DNA of 63,862 nt, filler included, from Lama guanicoe (GCA_013239625.1; 76 parts of 75 records of this genome joined end to end with filler, not necessarily neighbours in it), one strand, 5' to 3'. Counted from the first letter of the whole stretch, positions 23,579-37,360 are shown. Numbers and translations: made by a program. Notes: a model not told the origin generated them from the letters alone.

Positions 23579-23887
23579 AAGTCTAACTCCATGCAAGAAT
23601 TTTTCCGTAAGTTAACGTGGCCCAAAGAAATTTCACAGGGAAGATGCACTTTGCTTAGGAAAACATGGTCTTTTCTTGACTATGCATTATGGTATTTGGG
23701 AAATGGAAAAGAAACAGTGTTGGAAATGTTATCTGGAACTACAGACTTCAGATATATTTCATTAGCTTTTGTATTTTTGTTTTTAATNNNNNNNNNNNNN
23801 NNNNNNNNNNNNNNNNNNNNNNNNNNNNNNNTTAATTAATTAANNNNNNNNNNNNNNNNNNNNNNNNNNNNNNNNNNNNNNNNNNNN

Positions 23888-24042
23888 CTGACTTGGGGAA
23901 GATGGTTCCCCAGGACATTAGTCTGTCATCTTCTCCATCTGTCAGCTTTCCGAATAAAGTCATCATTCCTTGTCCCAACACCTCCTCTTGTGATTTATTG
24001 GCCTGTCATGAGGCAAGCAGAATGAATTTGGACTTGGTAACA
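23888..24042 (+). mobile_element. ERV LTR 3' part (R/U5)
   Basis: AATAAA signal, ends ...ttggacttggtaaCA; same family as 35188-35387. Confidence 0.8.
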
Positions 24043-25029
24043 GTTACGAAGCTGTTGTGTTGGGAAAAACGTCTGTACTATGACAGGCAGAATATTACTG
24101 TGAAACAATAAAGCAATTAGAAACAATTTAGTTTTCTTTTTACATATGATGAAGCTGAAGTCCAGTATAACTGACAAACTCAGAAAGCAATCAGTAGCTT
24201 TACAGTCTGCGCTCTCACTAATTTCACGTCCTAAACAAGTTAACAAGTCTAGTAAAAGCAAGTTAAAAAGTCTAGTATTAATCTCCAAACTATTAACAGA
24301 ACTTTTCTGGCCAGAACATCTTTCATTAGCAAGTGCCTGTATCTGTGTCTGCTGCATTCTGTTTCACTCCGACAGGACATATTAAGCAATAAACAAAACA
24401 CCAGTGAGAAGTTCTCAAGTTCAAGGAATAAAAATAACTAATTGCTATGTTACAAAGCATTGGGAGAAATTCTGTAATATTTTCACACCAAAAAAAAAAG
24501 TCGAATGGAAAGGAAAAAATAGCAGAGTCATCTTAACTACATCCAAATATCCAACAGCAACAAATCTATGCAGTTTTCTTCAATTCAGGAGACAAAACAC
24601 ACTACCTCTCTGGAACTTTCTTACTAGAATTCAATGCACCTCAGCCAACTTTAGCCTGGGTGAAGGTGGGAGTACGACAGTTACAGGATATGGTGAAAGA
24701 CATTTGCCACTATTAGCACACCATCTGNNNNNNNNNNNNNNNNNNNNNNNNNNNNNNNNNNNNNNNNNNNNTTAATTAATTAANNNNNNNNNNNNNNNNN
24801 NNNNNNNNNNNNNNNNNNNNNNNNNNNAAAGCCCCACCCAAGGGTCTCATTTCTCACTTCCACATAGGTATTCAGGCAGCTTAACTTGGGTCTTGGTTTC
24901 TTATAACACGGGGTGGGAATAGTTGTGGACAGATTTATGTAGCAAATATAAACCTAGGGTATTTACTGTGAAGGAATTCTAGAAATAAGAAGATTGATAT
25001 ATAGTCCCACCCATAAGAAACTCAGCCTT

Positions 25030-25600
25030 TCCATTTGCAACAGCATTAAAAATAAAATGAGAGATACATTAAGATACATTTAACAAAAATTTATAAGATC
25101 TGTACATTGAAATTTTTGAAGTATCACTAAAATAAATTTTAAAAGATCTACATATATGGAAGATATCACATTTTCAAGGAATGATAGAAAATATTATTAA
25201 AAATGTTAAGACTCCTCAAAGAGATCTACATATTCAGTGGAATCCCTATCAAAATTCCAGCTGACTTCTTTGCAAAATTGAAAAACTGATCCCAAAATTC
25301 ATATGGACGTGCAAGGGGCCCAGGACAGTCAAAACAACCTTGAAAAAGAAGAGTAAAGTTGGAGGACTCACTTTAAAGGGTACTAAAATGTTATAGTACT
25401 AAGTCAGTATGGTACTGGCATAAGGTTGGATAAATAAATCTATGAGACACAATAAAAACCAAGGGGAAAAAACTTACAATTCCAGACAGTTTTCCACAAG
25501 GGGGACAAAAACACTCCATTGATAGAATAGTCTATTCAACAAATGGTACAGGGGCAGCTGGGTATCTGCAGGCAAAAGAATCAATCTGGAATCTGAACAC
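25030..25600 (+). mobile_element. LINE-1 ORF2 post-RT fragment, degenerate
   Basis: atccctatcaaaattccagctg, aaaattcatatgga, aaagttggaggactcac, gtatggtactggcataag. Confidence 0.9.
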
Positions 25601-25700
25601 NNNNNNNNNNNNNNNNNNNNNNNNNNNNNNNNNNNNNNNNNNNNTTAATTAATTAANNNNNNNNNNNNNNNNNNNNNNNNNNNNNNNNNNNNNNNNNNNN

Positions 25701-26082
25701 CACTGGTTCTCGTGTATCTGGAAAATGCTGGATCCTGTTTGTGCTCCAAAATGGGCACGACAGAAGCTGGTTCCTTGGGCAGCCTTTGGAAAATTTAAAA
25801 CACTGGACATGTGGTTTGCTCACATTTCTCCCCAGCAAGAAATTGGAATCTGGGCTTTCCTTCTGATCGCAGAGCATTGTGCTGAAGGTAAAGATTGTGG
25901 TTAGAGAGTGCCTCAAATTTTTCTCCCAGTTTCAGTGTGGTTGGTTTCATGATTCTGGAGGGTATAACAGCCTCTTACCTAATTTCAGGGATTCTCACAA
26001 AGGGAATCTGTTCTTAACATTGTTGTTGAATTATTGTATCCATGGGAGGAGGAGGAGCCAGGGTTTCCTATTCCACATCTTG
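25701..26082 (-). mobile_element. Older LINE-1 5' UTR end
   Basis: Ends ggaggaggaggagccagggtttcctattccacatcttg, antisense of a decayed CAAGATGG start. Confidence 0.55.
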
Positions 26083-27021
26083 CAACTTATATTTTTTCAG
26101 CCAAGAGAGTAAAAAATTTCTTGGAAAGACAGGAAAAATAGCAAAAAGTTTGGTCTCTGTTACACCTATGTTCTGGAACACAATGGACTCAGAGAATTCA
26201 TTGCTAAATGCAAGGTTAATCCACGACTCCAGGACATGAGAAAAAGATGTTACTAAAGAACTGTAGTAGAGNNNNNNNNNNNNNNNNNNNNNNNNNNNNN
26301 NNNNNNNNNNNNNNNTTAATTAATTAANNNNNNNNNNNNNNNNNNNNNNNNNNNNNNNNNNNNNNNNNNNNTAAAAATCTGAAAACTTAGTAGATCTTGT
26401 TAGGCAAAGTAAAGTAGCATCCTTTACTTTCACCGTGATGTAGGCAGTTTTCTCAGACCGTATTTTGTACAGTTAGACAGCTGAACAAGCTTAGTTCCTT
26501 ACTTCCTGTGACCTAATTTTCTACCAGCAAATCTCTTTCCTTTGATATTGATACTGATTTGAATAAAAAAGAGATCGCCCCCTTCATCCTCAAGGAGAGT
26601 AAGAAGGGCTTCTACCTTGCCTACTCTTAGAACTAAAGACACACTCAGAAAGACCGTTAGGCAAAAAGGAACCCACGTCAGACAGCAGAGGAAAGAAGTG
26701 TTTTAAAACCTTAAGCTGTCTCTGAGTTGTTTACGGGACTGGAGTATTAAAGTTCTGTCTTGGGTTTTTTAGAAGCCAAGGTCAAATGGTTTATAAAAAA
26801 AAGGATTATATTGATTCATTCTCTGATAAAAGGAAATATATCAGTGGCCAGGGAGAACTTCTTTCTAGGGGGAAAAAAACATAATGGTCTAATGTTATCT
26901 CCCAACTTCATGCCTTAGATANNNNNNNNNNNNNNNNNNNNNNNNNNNNNNNNNNNNNNNNNNNNTTAATTAATTAANNNNNNNNNNNNNNNNNNNNNNN
27001 NNNNNNNNNNNNNNNNNNNNN

Positions 27022-27066
27022 GATTATAAATCAATAAAAAATGTTAAAAAACAAAAACAACAAAAA
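27022..27066 (+). mobile_element. LINE-1 extreme 3' end and poly(A) tail
   Basis: gattataaatcaataaaaaatgttaaaaaac..., same terminus as ~39955-40010 and antisense ~16880-16921. Confidence 0.75.
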
Positions 27067-27119
27067 CTGTAGTGAGACAGACTGAGGAAAACAATGTCTC
27101 ATGGTTTCATCTTTTAAAA

Positions 27120-27260
27120 ATATAAATCATATCATGTCACTTTCTTTCTTAAAACCCTCTGAGAGCTTCCCATTACTTAAATTCCAAATTCTTCACCACA
27201 GTCCACAAGGCACTACCTCAACTAGCTCTGGCCCAGCTCTTTCAACACTCTGCCCTCGGC
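27120..27260. mobile_element. LINE-2 fragment
   Basis: atcatgtcact...cttaaaaccctc...gcttcccatt...aaattccaaattcttcaccacagtccacaaggc. Confidence 0.65.
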
Positions 27261-28070
27261 ACTGACTAACAGGCCCAGAAGAGGTAACAATTACAGCTGA
27301 TGTTCCTTCTCCTAAGAGAACTTCAGAACGAATTACATCCTGTTATTTCCTCCCTGTCAACTTAATCACTACCAGAAAACTCTCTAGATCATCCTTCATT
27401 ACCCCCGAGTGATCTGTCATCTTCAAAATCCTCTGAAAATTCTCAGCACACCTGTCCTTCACATATTTCTGATCCTGGAGAGGGGGTAGGTACCCTCCTG
27501 CCTCTCCACTGCCTTTTTTTTTTCTTATTCACGAGATAGTCAGTAGAGTAACATTTGTTGATGGTCTACTTACACCAAGACTGCAAAAAACGCTGCAGAT
27601 AAATGGGTGAAAAGTCATGGTTCTACCCTCAAGGCCCTTATAACCAGTAGGAGACCTCATGGTAAGTATTATAGCAGAAATACACCAACGCAATCAAAAG
27701 GGAGAGGACAGAGCAGATACTACCACCTGGAGAAGTTAGGGAGCATCTCATATATGTATTCTCTTATCCTTAATTCTCTTCCATTCTTTTGTCATATTCC
27801 CATTCATTATTATACAATGGATGATATTAAAACTAATTATCTTATTGGAGAGAGAAGAGAAATTTAATATTTCTTTTTCCTTTTTAAAAAAAATTTTTGA
27901 AGTGCAGTTGATTTACAATGTCAGTTTCAGGTATACAGCAAAGCGATTCAGTTATACATACACATACATGNNNNNNNNNNNNNNNNNNNNNNNNNNNNNN
28001 NNNNNNNNNNNNNNTTAATTAATTAANNNNNNNNNNNNNNNNNNNNNNNNNNNNNNNNNNNNNNNNNNNN

Positions 28071-28166
28071 AGGACAGGACTTTTGTTTTGTTTATTGATC
28101 TATTCCAAGTGCCTAGACTGATCCTGGGTACATAGTAGGCAGTCAAAAATTATTTGCTGAATAAAT
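28071..28166 (+). mobile_element. LINE-2 3' end
   Basis: gtgcctag...tgggtacatagtaggcagtcaaaaattatttgctgaataaat. Confidence 0.75.
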
Positions 28167-28654
28167 TAAAAGACTATTTTAAAAATGAATCATCCTTTCA
28201 GGAACGGGTGAGGATAGGAAGCTGCATGAAGGAAAATGGTGCAGTAANNNNNNNNNNNNNNNNNNNNNNNNNNNNNNNNNNNNNNNNNNNNNNNNNNNNN
28301 NNNNNNNNNNNNNNNNNNNNNNNNNNNNNNNNNNCTGTATTAAGGTGTAATTTACAGGCCATAAAATTCACACATTATAATTGTACAAGTCAGCCATTTT
28401 AGCTATTTCTAGATTTGTGCAACTTTGTCCTCATAAAGTCCCGTTGTGTCCATCCATATGCAGTTTGCCATCCCCTCAGTGGCACCCTGATTTTATTTCT
28501 TTTCTTTTTTTTGGCAATCACATCTCAAAAGTATAATTTACACAGCAGTACTAATNNNNNNNNNNNNNNNNNNNNNNNNNNNNNNNNNNNNNNNNNNNNT
28601 TAATTAATTAANNNNNNNNNNNNNNNNNNNNNNNNNNNNNNNNNNNNNNNNNNN

Positions 28655-29603
28655 NTCTCTATTCTATTTTCTGTTTTCTACATTCTATATTCTAAATTCA
28701 ATATACAGTATTCTGTATACTATACTCTAAATTCTGTGTTCTGCATTCAGTGTTCTAAATTCTGGGTTCTGTATACTGTTTCCCATATTCTATATTCTGT
28801 GTTCTACATTCTATATTCTGTATTCTATATTATGCGTTACATATATTATATTCTATATTCTGTGTTCTACATTCTATATTCTAAATTCTATATACAGTAT
28901 TCTGTAATCTATANNNNNNNNNNNATTCTGTGTTTTCCATACAGTTAATGCTGGGTGGTATATTCTCTATTCTATATTCTGTGGTCTGCATTCTATATTC
29001 TAAATTGTATATTCTGTATTCTGTATTCTATATTTCAATTCTGTGTTATACAATCTATATTCTAATCATTATATTCAGAATTCTGTATTCTATATTCTAA
29101 ATTCTGTGTTCTGCATTCCATACTCTAAATTCTGGGTTCTATATTCTCTATTCTATATTATATATTCCGTGTTCTATATTCTATATTCTAAATTGTATAT
29201 GATGTATTCTGTATTCTATATTCTAAATTCTGNNNNNNNNNNNNNNNNNNNNNNNNNNNNNNNNNNNNNNNNNNNNNNNNNNNNNNNNNNNNNNNNNNNN
29301 NNNNNNNNNNNNNNNNNNNNNNNNNNNNNNNNNNNNNNNNNNNNNNNNNNNNNNNNNNTGCATTCAATGTTCTAAATTCTGGGTTCTATATTTTCTATTT
29401 TATATTCGATATTTTGTGTTATTCATTCTATATTCTAAATTCTGTGTTCTGCATTCCATGTTCTTAATTCTACCTTCTGTATTCTGTTTTCCATATTCAA
29501 TATTCTGTTTTCTGCATTCTATATTCTGTTTTGTACATTCTATATTCTGTATCATAAATTCTTAATTCTGTATTCTATATTCTATATTCTGTGTTCGGCA
29601 TTC
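28655..29603 (+). repeat. Heptamer AT-rich satellite
   Basis: Same variant 7-mer set as 4073-5175. Confidence 0.95.
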
Positions 29604-30521
29604 NNNNNNNNNNNNNNNNNNNNNNNNNNNNNNNNNNNNNNNNNNNNTTAATTAATTAANNNNNNNNNNNNNNNNNNNNNNNNNNNNNNNNNNNNNNNNN
29701 NNNTGGGTTTGCTCTCTTGATAGACCCACCACATCCCACAACCCACTCTAGAGCCCTGAGAACAATCATGTGCCATCATCCATAGCCCTATTCCTCACTG
29801 ACCGCTGCCTCTGCTACCTCAAATTTGGCAGCTCGGATCTTGGTCTCAGAATCAACTNNNNNNNNNNNNNNNNNNNNNNNNNNNNNNNNNNNNNNNNNNN
29901 NNNNNNNNNNNNNNNNNNNNNNNNNNNNNNNNNNNNNNNNNNNNNNNNNNNNNNNNNNNNNNNNNNNNNNNNNNNNNNNNNNNNNNNNNNNNNNNNNNNN
30001 NATCACCAGGGGTCAGACCCTGCACTGGTTTCCATTCCCTGCTTTGCCTTCTCCTGCTTCCAGGTGTTCTGAGGCCTCATCCTGTCTTTGGAAGTAACAG
30101 ACCTCTCTTCGGCAAGTGTCCTGTGCCAAGGGCTGGGTGAGTTGAGTGGATCCATGCTGTGTACATGGGAGCGAGTGAGCGCAGGTCGCACTGCTTCTCT
30201 GCCAACTGGGCATCGATGAATCAACACTTTCCAGATTCATTTCACAGAAATGTGATTTTTGTTTTGCTCTTTGTTTCTATACAGCCATGGTGGGAGAAAT
30301 TGTCCGAAGACTCCAGTTTTGACATTGGGTTGACATCTCATTTGCAGGCTTTAAAAAGTTTAATAGAATTGATTACATGTTTAGGGAGTTATACGAAAAT
30401 GAAGTTAGCTTTTGAAACATANNNNNNNNNNNNNNNNNNNNNNNNNNNNNNNNNNNNNNNNNNNNTTAATTAATTAANNNNNNNNNNNNNNNNNNNNNNN
30501 NNNNNNNNNNNNNNNNNNNNN

Positions 30522-31376
30522 AGATAATGTTTTGCCTTTATTTTCTTCTAGGAGGTTTATTGTATCTTGTGTTATGTTTAAGTCTGAACCATTTCGAGTT
30601 TATTTTTGTGTATGGTGTAAGGGAATGTTCTAGCTTCATTGCTTTACATGCTGCTGTCCAGTTTTCCCAACACCATTTGCTGAAGAGACTGTCTTTATTC
30701 CATTGTATATTCTTGCCTCCTTTGTCGAAGATGAGTTGACCAAAAGTTTGTGGGTTCATTTCTGGGCTCTCTATTCTGTTCCATTGGTCTATATGTCTGT
30801 TTTGGTACCAATACCATGCTGTCTTGATGACTGTAGCTCTATAGTATTGTCTGAAGTCTGGGAGAGTTATACCTCCAGTCTCTTTCTTTGTTGTCAGTAA
30901 TGCTGTGGCAATTTTAGGTCTTTTGTGGTTCCATATAAATTTTATTATGATTTGTTTTAGTTCTGTGAACTATGTCCTGGGTAATTTGATAGAGACTGCA
31001 TTAAATCTGTAGATTGCCTTGGGCAGTGTGACCATTTTAACAATATTGATTCTTCCAATCCAGAAGCATGGGATAGCTTTCCATATTGTAAAGTCTTCTT
31101 TAATTTCCTTCATCAGTGGTTTATAGTTTTCTGTGTATAATTCTTTCACCTCCTTGGTTAGATTTATTCCTAGGTATTTTATTACTTTGGGTGCCATTTT
31201 AAAGGGAACTGTTTCTTTACTTTCTTTTTCTGTTGATTCATCGTTAGTGTAAAGAAATGCAACTGATTTTTGAACATTAATCTTGTACCCTGCTATCTTG
31301 CTGAATTCTTCATTCAGCTCTAGTAGTTTTTTTGTGGACCTCTTAGGGTTTTCTATATATAGTAACATGTCGTCAG
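30522..31376 (-). mobile_element. Relatively young LINE-1 ORF2 (RT C-terminal half and downstream)
   Basis: MLLYIENPK...[19 protein letters not shown]...[39 protein letters not shown]; interrupted by stops. Confidence 0.97.
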
Positions 31377-31476
31377 NNNNNNNNNNNNNNNNNNNNNNNN
31401 NNNNNNNNNNNNNNNNNNNNTTAATTAATTAANNNNNNNNNNNNNNNNNNNNNNNNNNNNNNNNNNNNNNNNNNNN

Positions 31477-32163
31477 AGGGCGTGATGCACAATCCAGCCT
31501 GGTCAGTCTGCAACATCTGACTGCAACATCGAGCAGGGCAGTGACAAGCCAGCCCACAGTAAAATGAGCTGTACTTGACCCAGTGTTGGGTGTAGGAGCG
31601 ATCTGCTTGACAACATGCCCTGGGAGCAGCAAAGATGAGGACTCCAATGGAGGGCCTCTGGAAACAGCAAGCTGAGCTTCCAAAACAGGATGAATATAGA
31701 AAGACTTCACATTAAAAGTACACAGTCTCCAGGAGGACACAACCACCATCTTGTTTTAATCTGTTTTTATTCCATTTTCTATTACCCTCTTAATTTTTAT
31801 TTCTTAGGCAATTATATATACCCCCATTTCAATCCTTTGAAATTTTTTAAAATATTTTTATTATTATTATTTTTCAAAACTCTGCTTCAACTTGTTTTAA
31901 TATTATTCAGTATACAACGTCTTCAAAGCTTTATCTCTCCCTTCTTTAAAATTCTTATTGTCTCTCTCTCTCTTTTCTATTTTCTAAGTTGTATTACTAC
32001 CTAGGCATTAGGTAGATATTCTCATTTAGGACCACAGTAGATAACTGATACTCCATAAACCACAGTGCCAGAGAGGTAGAAGAAAGATGAAGAAACAGAG
32101 AAACCATTCCCATAAAAAGAATAAGAGAAATCCCCTGAAAGAACGATCAGTGAAATAGACATC
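31477..32163 (+). mobile_element. LINE-1 5' UTR 3' part and ORF1 start
   Basis: T-rich UTR tract, then ATG at 32087 (MKKQRNHS...), aaatcccctgaaagaac. Confidence 0.75.
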
Positions 32164-32263
32164 NNNNNNNNNNNNNNNNNNNNNNNNNNNNNNNNNNNNN
32201 NNNNNNNTTAATTAATTAANNNNNNNNNNNNNNNNNNNNNNNNNNNNNNNNNNNNNNNNNNNN

Positions 32264-33085
32264 TTATCCTGAGAGTGGGCAGCCTCCTCCAACTGAGAGC
32301 AGGGACTTGGTTTTTTTAAAATCGCTTAATTTGTCTACCCTGTTTGGTTGCCTGATACGGAGTGCTGGGGAAAGGGTGGGTTGGGCTCTAAATCCAAGTA
32401 TTAGCTAGTGCTTCTCCATGGGATTTGGAGGTTATTAACCAAAAACCCACNNNNNNNNNNNNNNNNNNNNNNNNNNNNNNNNNNNNNNNNNNNNNNNNNN
32501 NNNNNNNNNNNNNNNNNNNNTGAAGAAGTTTTCTGTTCTGCTATCTGTGGGCTGGCAATTTCAGGTGACAGAAGCGGCTGGGTTCTAATAGAATCCCTTA
32601 GCTTGTAATCCCTGAGTGTTTCCCTAGGACTGACTCTGAGAGAAACCTGGGGGTTGGGTTTTGAGGGCAAATTGTAGCGAGTGACTCTGATGGACTGAGG
32701 AAGTATTTAGATGAATTCTCCATAAAGGGAAACACCTGAGCACCCATTCATCTGCGTGGAGTGGGGCTTCAAATCTCCCCACCACACAAGGTTGAGTTCC
32801 AGTATCCTGAGGGTGGGGTAGTTCCTCCAACTGACATCAGCGTCTTGGTTTTAATAGAATCCCTTTGCTTGTCTTCCCTGATGGTTTGCCTAGGCCAGTG
32901 TGTGGTTGAAAGTGGGATTTGGGATTTAAAACTAAGTATTAGCGTGTGCCTCTCCATCGGTAGTGGAGATGTTTAAACTACAACCCACAACTTGGGAATT
33001 ACTGTGACGCCTGAAAAGTGCGTGTACTCTTTCCAAACGTCCAGCAGACACAGGAAGAAGTGTTCTGTGGTTCTGAGTGTGGGGA
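32264..33085 (-). repeat. Diverged ~266-bp satellite, three distinct monomer types
   Basis: taatagaatccct at 32586 and 32852; tatcctgag.gtggg blocks recur; antisense-homologous to the 267-bp satellite. Confidence 0.88.
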
Positions 33086-33185
33086 NNNNNNNNNNNNNNN
33101 NNNNNNNNNNNNNNNNNNNNNNNNNNNNNTTAATTAATTAANNNNNNNNNNNNNNNNNNNNNNNNNNNNNNNNNNNNNNNNNNNN

Positions 33186-34120
33186 GATATCGGCCTATAG
33201 TTTTCTTTTTGGGGTATTGTCTTTGTCTGGTTTTCTTATCAGATTGACGTTGGCCTTATGGTGTGAGTTTGGGAGTACTCTCTCCATATTAATCTTTTGG
33301 AAGTGTTTGAGGAGGACCGGTATGGATTTTTCTTTGTATGTTTGGTCAAATTCCCCAGTGAAGGNNNNNNNNNNNNNNNNNNNNNNNNNNNNNNNNNNNN
33401 NNNNNNNNNNNNNNNNNNNNNNNNNNNNNNNNNNNNNNNNNNNNNNNNNNNNNNNNNNNNNNNNNNNNNNNNNNNNNNNNNNNNNNNNNNNNNNNNNNNN
33501 NNNNNNNNNNNNNNNNNNNNNNNNNNNNNNNNNNNNNNNNNNNNNNNNNNNNNNNNNNNNNNNNNNNNNNNNNNNNNNNNNNNNNNNNNNNNNNNNNNNN
33601 NNNNNNNNNNNNNNNNNNNNNNNNNNNNNNNNNNNNNNNNNNNNNNNNNNNNNNNNNNNNNNNNNNNNNNNNNNNNNNNNNNNNNNNNNNNNNNNNNNNN
33701 NNNNNNNNNNNNNNNNNNNNNNNNNNNNNNNNNNNNNNNNNNNNNNNNNNNNNNNNNNNNNNNNNNNNNNNNNNNNNNNNNNNNNNNNNNNNNNNNNNNN
33801 NNNNNNNNNNNNNNNNNNNNNNNNNNNNNNNNNNNNNNNNNNNNNNNNNNNNNNNNNNNNNNNNNNNNNNNNNNNNNNNNNNNNNNNTATGAACTTCCCT
33901 CTTAAACCTGCTTTCACTGTATTCCATAGACTTTTTGAAGTGTTTTGTCATATTTCTCAAGATATTTTTTAATTTCTTCTTTTAATTCATCAACTCCCTC
34001 CTTTGTTATAGTACCATGTTTTTTAATCTGGATGCTGTCATTCCTTTTCCCTGTTTTTCTATGATTTATTACTAGTTTCATGGTATTATACTTAGAAAAG
34101 ATGCTTGAAATAATATTTAT
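33186..34120 (-). mobile_element. LINE-1 ORF2 EN-RT linker
   Basis: KAGLRGKFI; FTGEFDQTYKE...LLKHFQKI...LPNS...LIRKPDKD. Confidence 0.93.
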
Positions 34121-34589
34121 NNNNNNNNNNNNNNNNNNNNNNNNNNNNNNNNNNNNNNNNNNNNTTAATTAATTAANNNNNNNNNNNNNNNNNNNNNNNN
34201 NNNNNNNNNNNNNNNNNNNNGGTTCACAGTCCCAGTGACAAGAGTGGCATTAACTACCAGAGAAGTCAAGAAGTGACAATGAAAACAAATCTTTATCCAG
34301 AAAATAGTGACTGGAAAGTGCCAGTTTGAAATATTGTCACAGGTAGCTCAGGTAAGTAAAACAAAATCTGTGCAATATTGCAAACAACCAGAAAACAAAA
34401 ACAAGGACTCCAACTCAAAATCTGTTATTTAGTGTCATCAGAGAAATAACTTATCAAGACCATGACAAATCACAGTAACATTATAGGGCNNNNNNNNNNN
34501 NNNNNNNNNNNNNNNNNNNNNNNNNNNNNNNNNNNNNNNNNNNNNNNNNNNNNNNNNNNNNNNNNNNNNNNNNNNNNNNNNNNNNNNTG

Positions 34590-35087
34590 CAGCAAACAAA
34601 AGTCATGGTATATTGCCACATTACTAATAGAGAATCCAAATAGGTGTCATACAGAATCTCAATACAAAAAACAAAACTAAGAAAGCAGTTTAGTGAGCTC
34701 AGGAATAAATGAAATGATGAGAAGGAATACATTATCAAAGAGACTGAGTCTATAAAATAACCAAACAGTATTGGAGGACCAGGAGAATTTAATAAATGAG
34801 ATGAAGAAAGCAACAGAAAGCATTGGAAGTAGACTGTCTTTGTGGAAGAGAGATTAGCAAACTCACCAATACAAAACTAGAAATGATAGGAGAGGGCAGA
34901 GATTCAAGATATTAAAAAGTGAGGGAATTCTACAATAGCCATCAGACTTCTTCAGGAAGTACACATTAGAGTGGAATCCTGGAGGGAGAAGAAATTTAGA
35001 AGGCAGCTAATGGTTTATTTAAATAAGTAATAGTTGACAACTTTCCGAACCTGTGTAAGAAGCTGATATACATGTCCGTGAGCCAAC
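34590..35087 (+). mobile_element. Older LINE-1 ORF1, degenerate
   Basis: aagcattggaagtagact..gtggaagagagattag; aaataagtaatagttgacaactttccgaacctg. Confidence 0.7.
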
Positions 35088-35187
35088 NNNNNNNNNNNNN
35101 NNNNNNNNNNNNNNNNNNNNNNNNNNNNNNNTTAATTAATTAANNNNNNNNNNNNNNNNNNNNNNNNNNNNNNNNNNNNNNNNNNNN

Positions 35188-35387
35188 AAGGAATTCCTAT
35201 ACCAAGAAGTTTGCAAAAACCAAGCACATAGGAAAGGAGCCTTAATTCTGACTTGCGGAGATGGTTTTCCAGGACATTAGTTTGCCATCTAGGTCTACAG
35301 AAACTTGCTATTCCATGCCCCAACACCTGGTCTCCCAACTTATTGGCCTGTCCTGCACTGAGGAGAATGAATTTGGACTCAGTAACA
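35188..35387 (+). mobile_element. ERV LTR 3' part
   Basis: Shares ctgacttg..agatggtt..ccaggacattagt, ttattggcctgtc and gaatgaatttggact..gtaaca with 23888-24042. Confidence 0.8.
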
Positions 35388-37096
35388 CTTCTACCTACCT
35401 AGCAAGCTGGGCACTGGAACTGAGGGCAGCTCTCCCACACACAGGGGCCTACTGTGAGCCCTTGATTATTCCCCGANNNNNNNNNNNNNNNNNNNNNNNN
35501 NNNNNNNNNNNNNNNNNNNNNNNNNNNNNNNNNNNNNNNNNNNNNNNNNNNCTCTGACATTTTACCTCCCGCTCCCTGCCAGCCCAACACTTGGGACAGT
35601 GGAGCTAAGGCAGAGATCGTGCCTACCTGTTTCCCAGCGTGTAAAAGGGGAATATGTACACTTCCCAAGGTAGTTATGAGCGACACCTGCGGGTGCTTCG
35701 TTCCTGGAGAAACAGTAAACCCAGCTCCTTGTGGGGGCATCGAGTGTGATACCCGTAGGGGTTCTGCAGAGACCTTAGCTGGAGGGCTGGGCCAGGGACG
35801 TAAAATATGAACTGTGGGCATTGAGGGTTTAAGAAGGGTGCATAGGCAGGACTGCTGCCTTCTTTGCGGTGCCCCCAGAGGTAAAACGCTTTCTCCCCAT
35901 CTCTGCTACTCCCCTCCCAACTCCAGATACCTGCCTTCTCTCTGCACCTCCTGTCCATCTGTCTCCCTCCACTTTTCCCCTCCTTCCCTCCCCCTCCCAT
36001 ATCTTCCCTCCCTTGGTTCCCCACCTTCTCTCTCAGGACCCAGAGCGGATCGCTGGCCCTCCCNNNNNNNNNNNNNNNNNNNNNNNNNNNNNNNNNNNNN
36101 NNNNNNNTTAATTAATTAANNNNNNNNNNNNNNNNNNNNNNNNNNNNNNNNNNNNNNNNNNNNAAAAATCACAACCCAAGTCCCAAATTCAAGGATACTT
36201 TCTCAGAAAAAAATACAAACGATTTCACATGTGTTCAATTTGGCTACTAATTTTGTGGCTTGTGGACAGCAAGAGCTTGGTGTTCTTGTCCAAAGCCCAG
36301 ATTACATGCAAAGAAATGTATATATTCATATCCAAAGGAAACCAGAGCTGCTCAAAAACAGTTTGCTGTTAGAATTGAAAGGAACTTTGATAAAGGCAAT
36401 CTCTCTCTCTCTCTTCTTTGTTTTCTAGCATCATATAATTTTAGAAGTATTTGCATGTCTAAGAGATGGCTACAGCCCGTGATTCTGCACTGGAGTGTTT
36501 GGGGCTGAGGAAGCCCAGATCATATTCACTGTGTAAATGCAATCACACCAACACACTTATAGGTGGAGCTGATGTTACAAAGCAGTCAACCTTATTCTGT
36601 AAGAGAACTCTAAATAGAAAGTAAGAAATGCAATGTTCTGTACTCAATTTCATTTGTTATATGAGGCATAAACTGATAGTATATCTTGACTAATGAAACC
36701 CAAAAATAAATTGTCAACGTCGATTTTCTAGTCGATTTTCCTGACCGTTTTATGCTAATTTTGGGTATTAAATCCTCACTCCATAAGTAAAGCTCAGGCC
36801 TACGCTGCAGCACAGTTACATCCCGTGGAAGAAAGCCGACCAAGGGAGAACTGGAGAGTTTCCCTTCAGAAGCTAAGTGTTGTTTTGCACCTGTACGTCA
36901 TTTGCAACCACATCATCGTCAAAGGAGTAAGACCTTAACTCTGTGGGGGGAAAAGCACTGCGGTGCTTCAGAACCATCAAAGAACACTGAGCTTTGNNNN
37001 NNNNNNNNNNNNNNNNNNNNNNNNNNNNNNNNNNNNNNNNTTAATTAATTAANNNNNNNNNNNNNNNNNNNNNNNNNNNNNNNNNNNNNNNNNNNN

Positions 37097-37360
37097 AAGA
37101 CCCTTTCTCCACAGCATCCTTTTTGAGAATCAATTGTCTGTATAATTGTTGGTCTAGTTCTGAACATTCTATTGTGTTCCATTATTCTATTATCCTGTTT
37201 TACACCAACACCATAATTTCTGATGACTGTAGCTTTATAAAAAAAAAGTCTGAAAATCAGATAGTGCAAGTCTTCCAACTTTGTTTTTCTTGTTCAAAGT
37301 TGTTTTGGATATTTGGATCCTTTGAATTTTTATATGAATTTTAGAATAAGTTTTTAAATT
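37097..37360 (-). mobile_element. LINE-1 ORF2 fragment
   Basis: SKIHIKIQRIQISKTTLNKKNKVGRLALSDF; YKATVI. Confidence 0.85.

Noticed and set aside
35627..35821. Minus ORF from ATG to donor-like CAG|GTAGGC
   Set aside because: No recognisable product; compatible with chance
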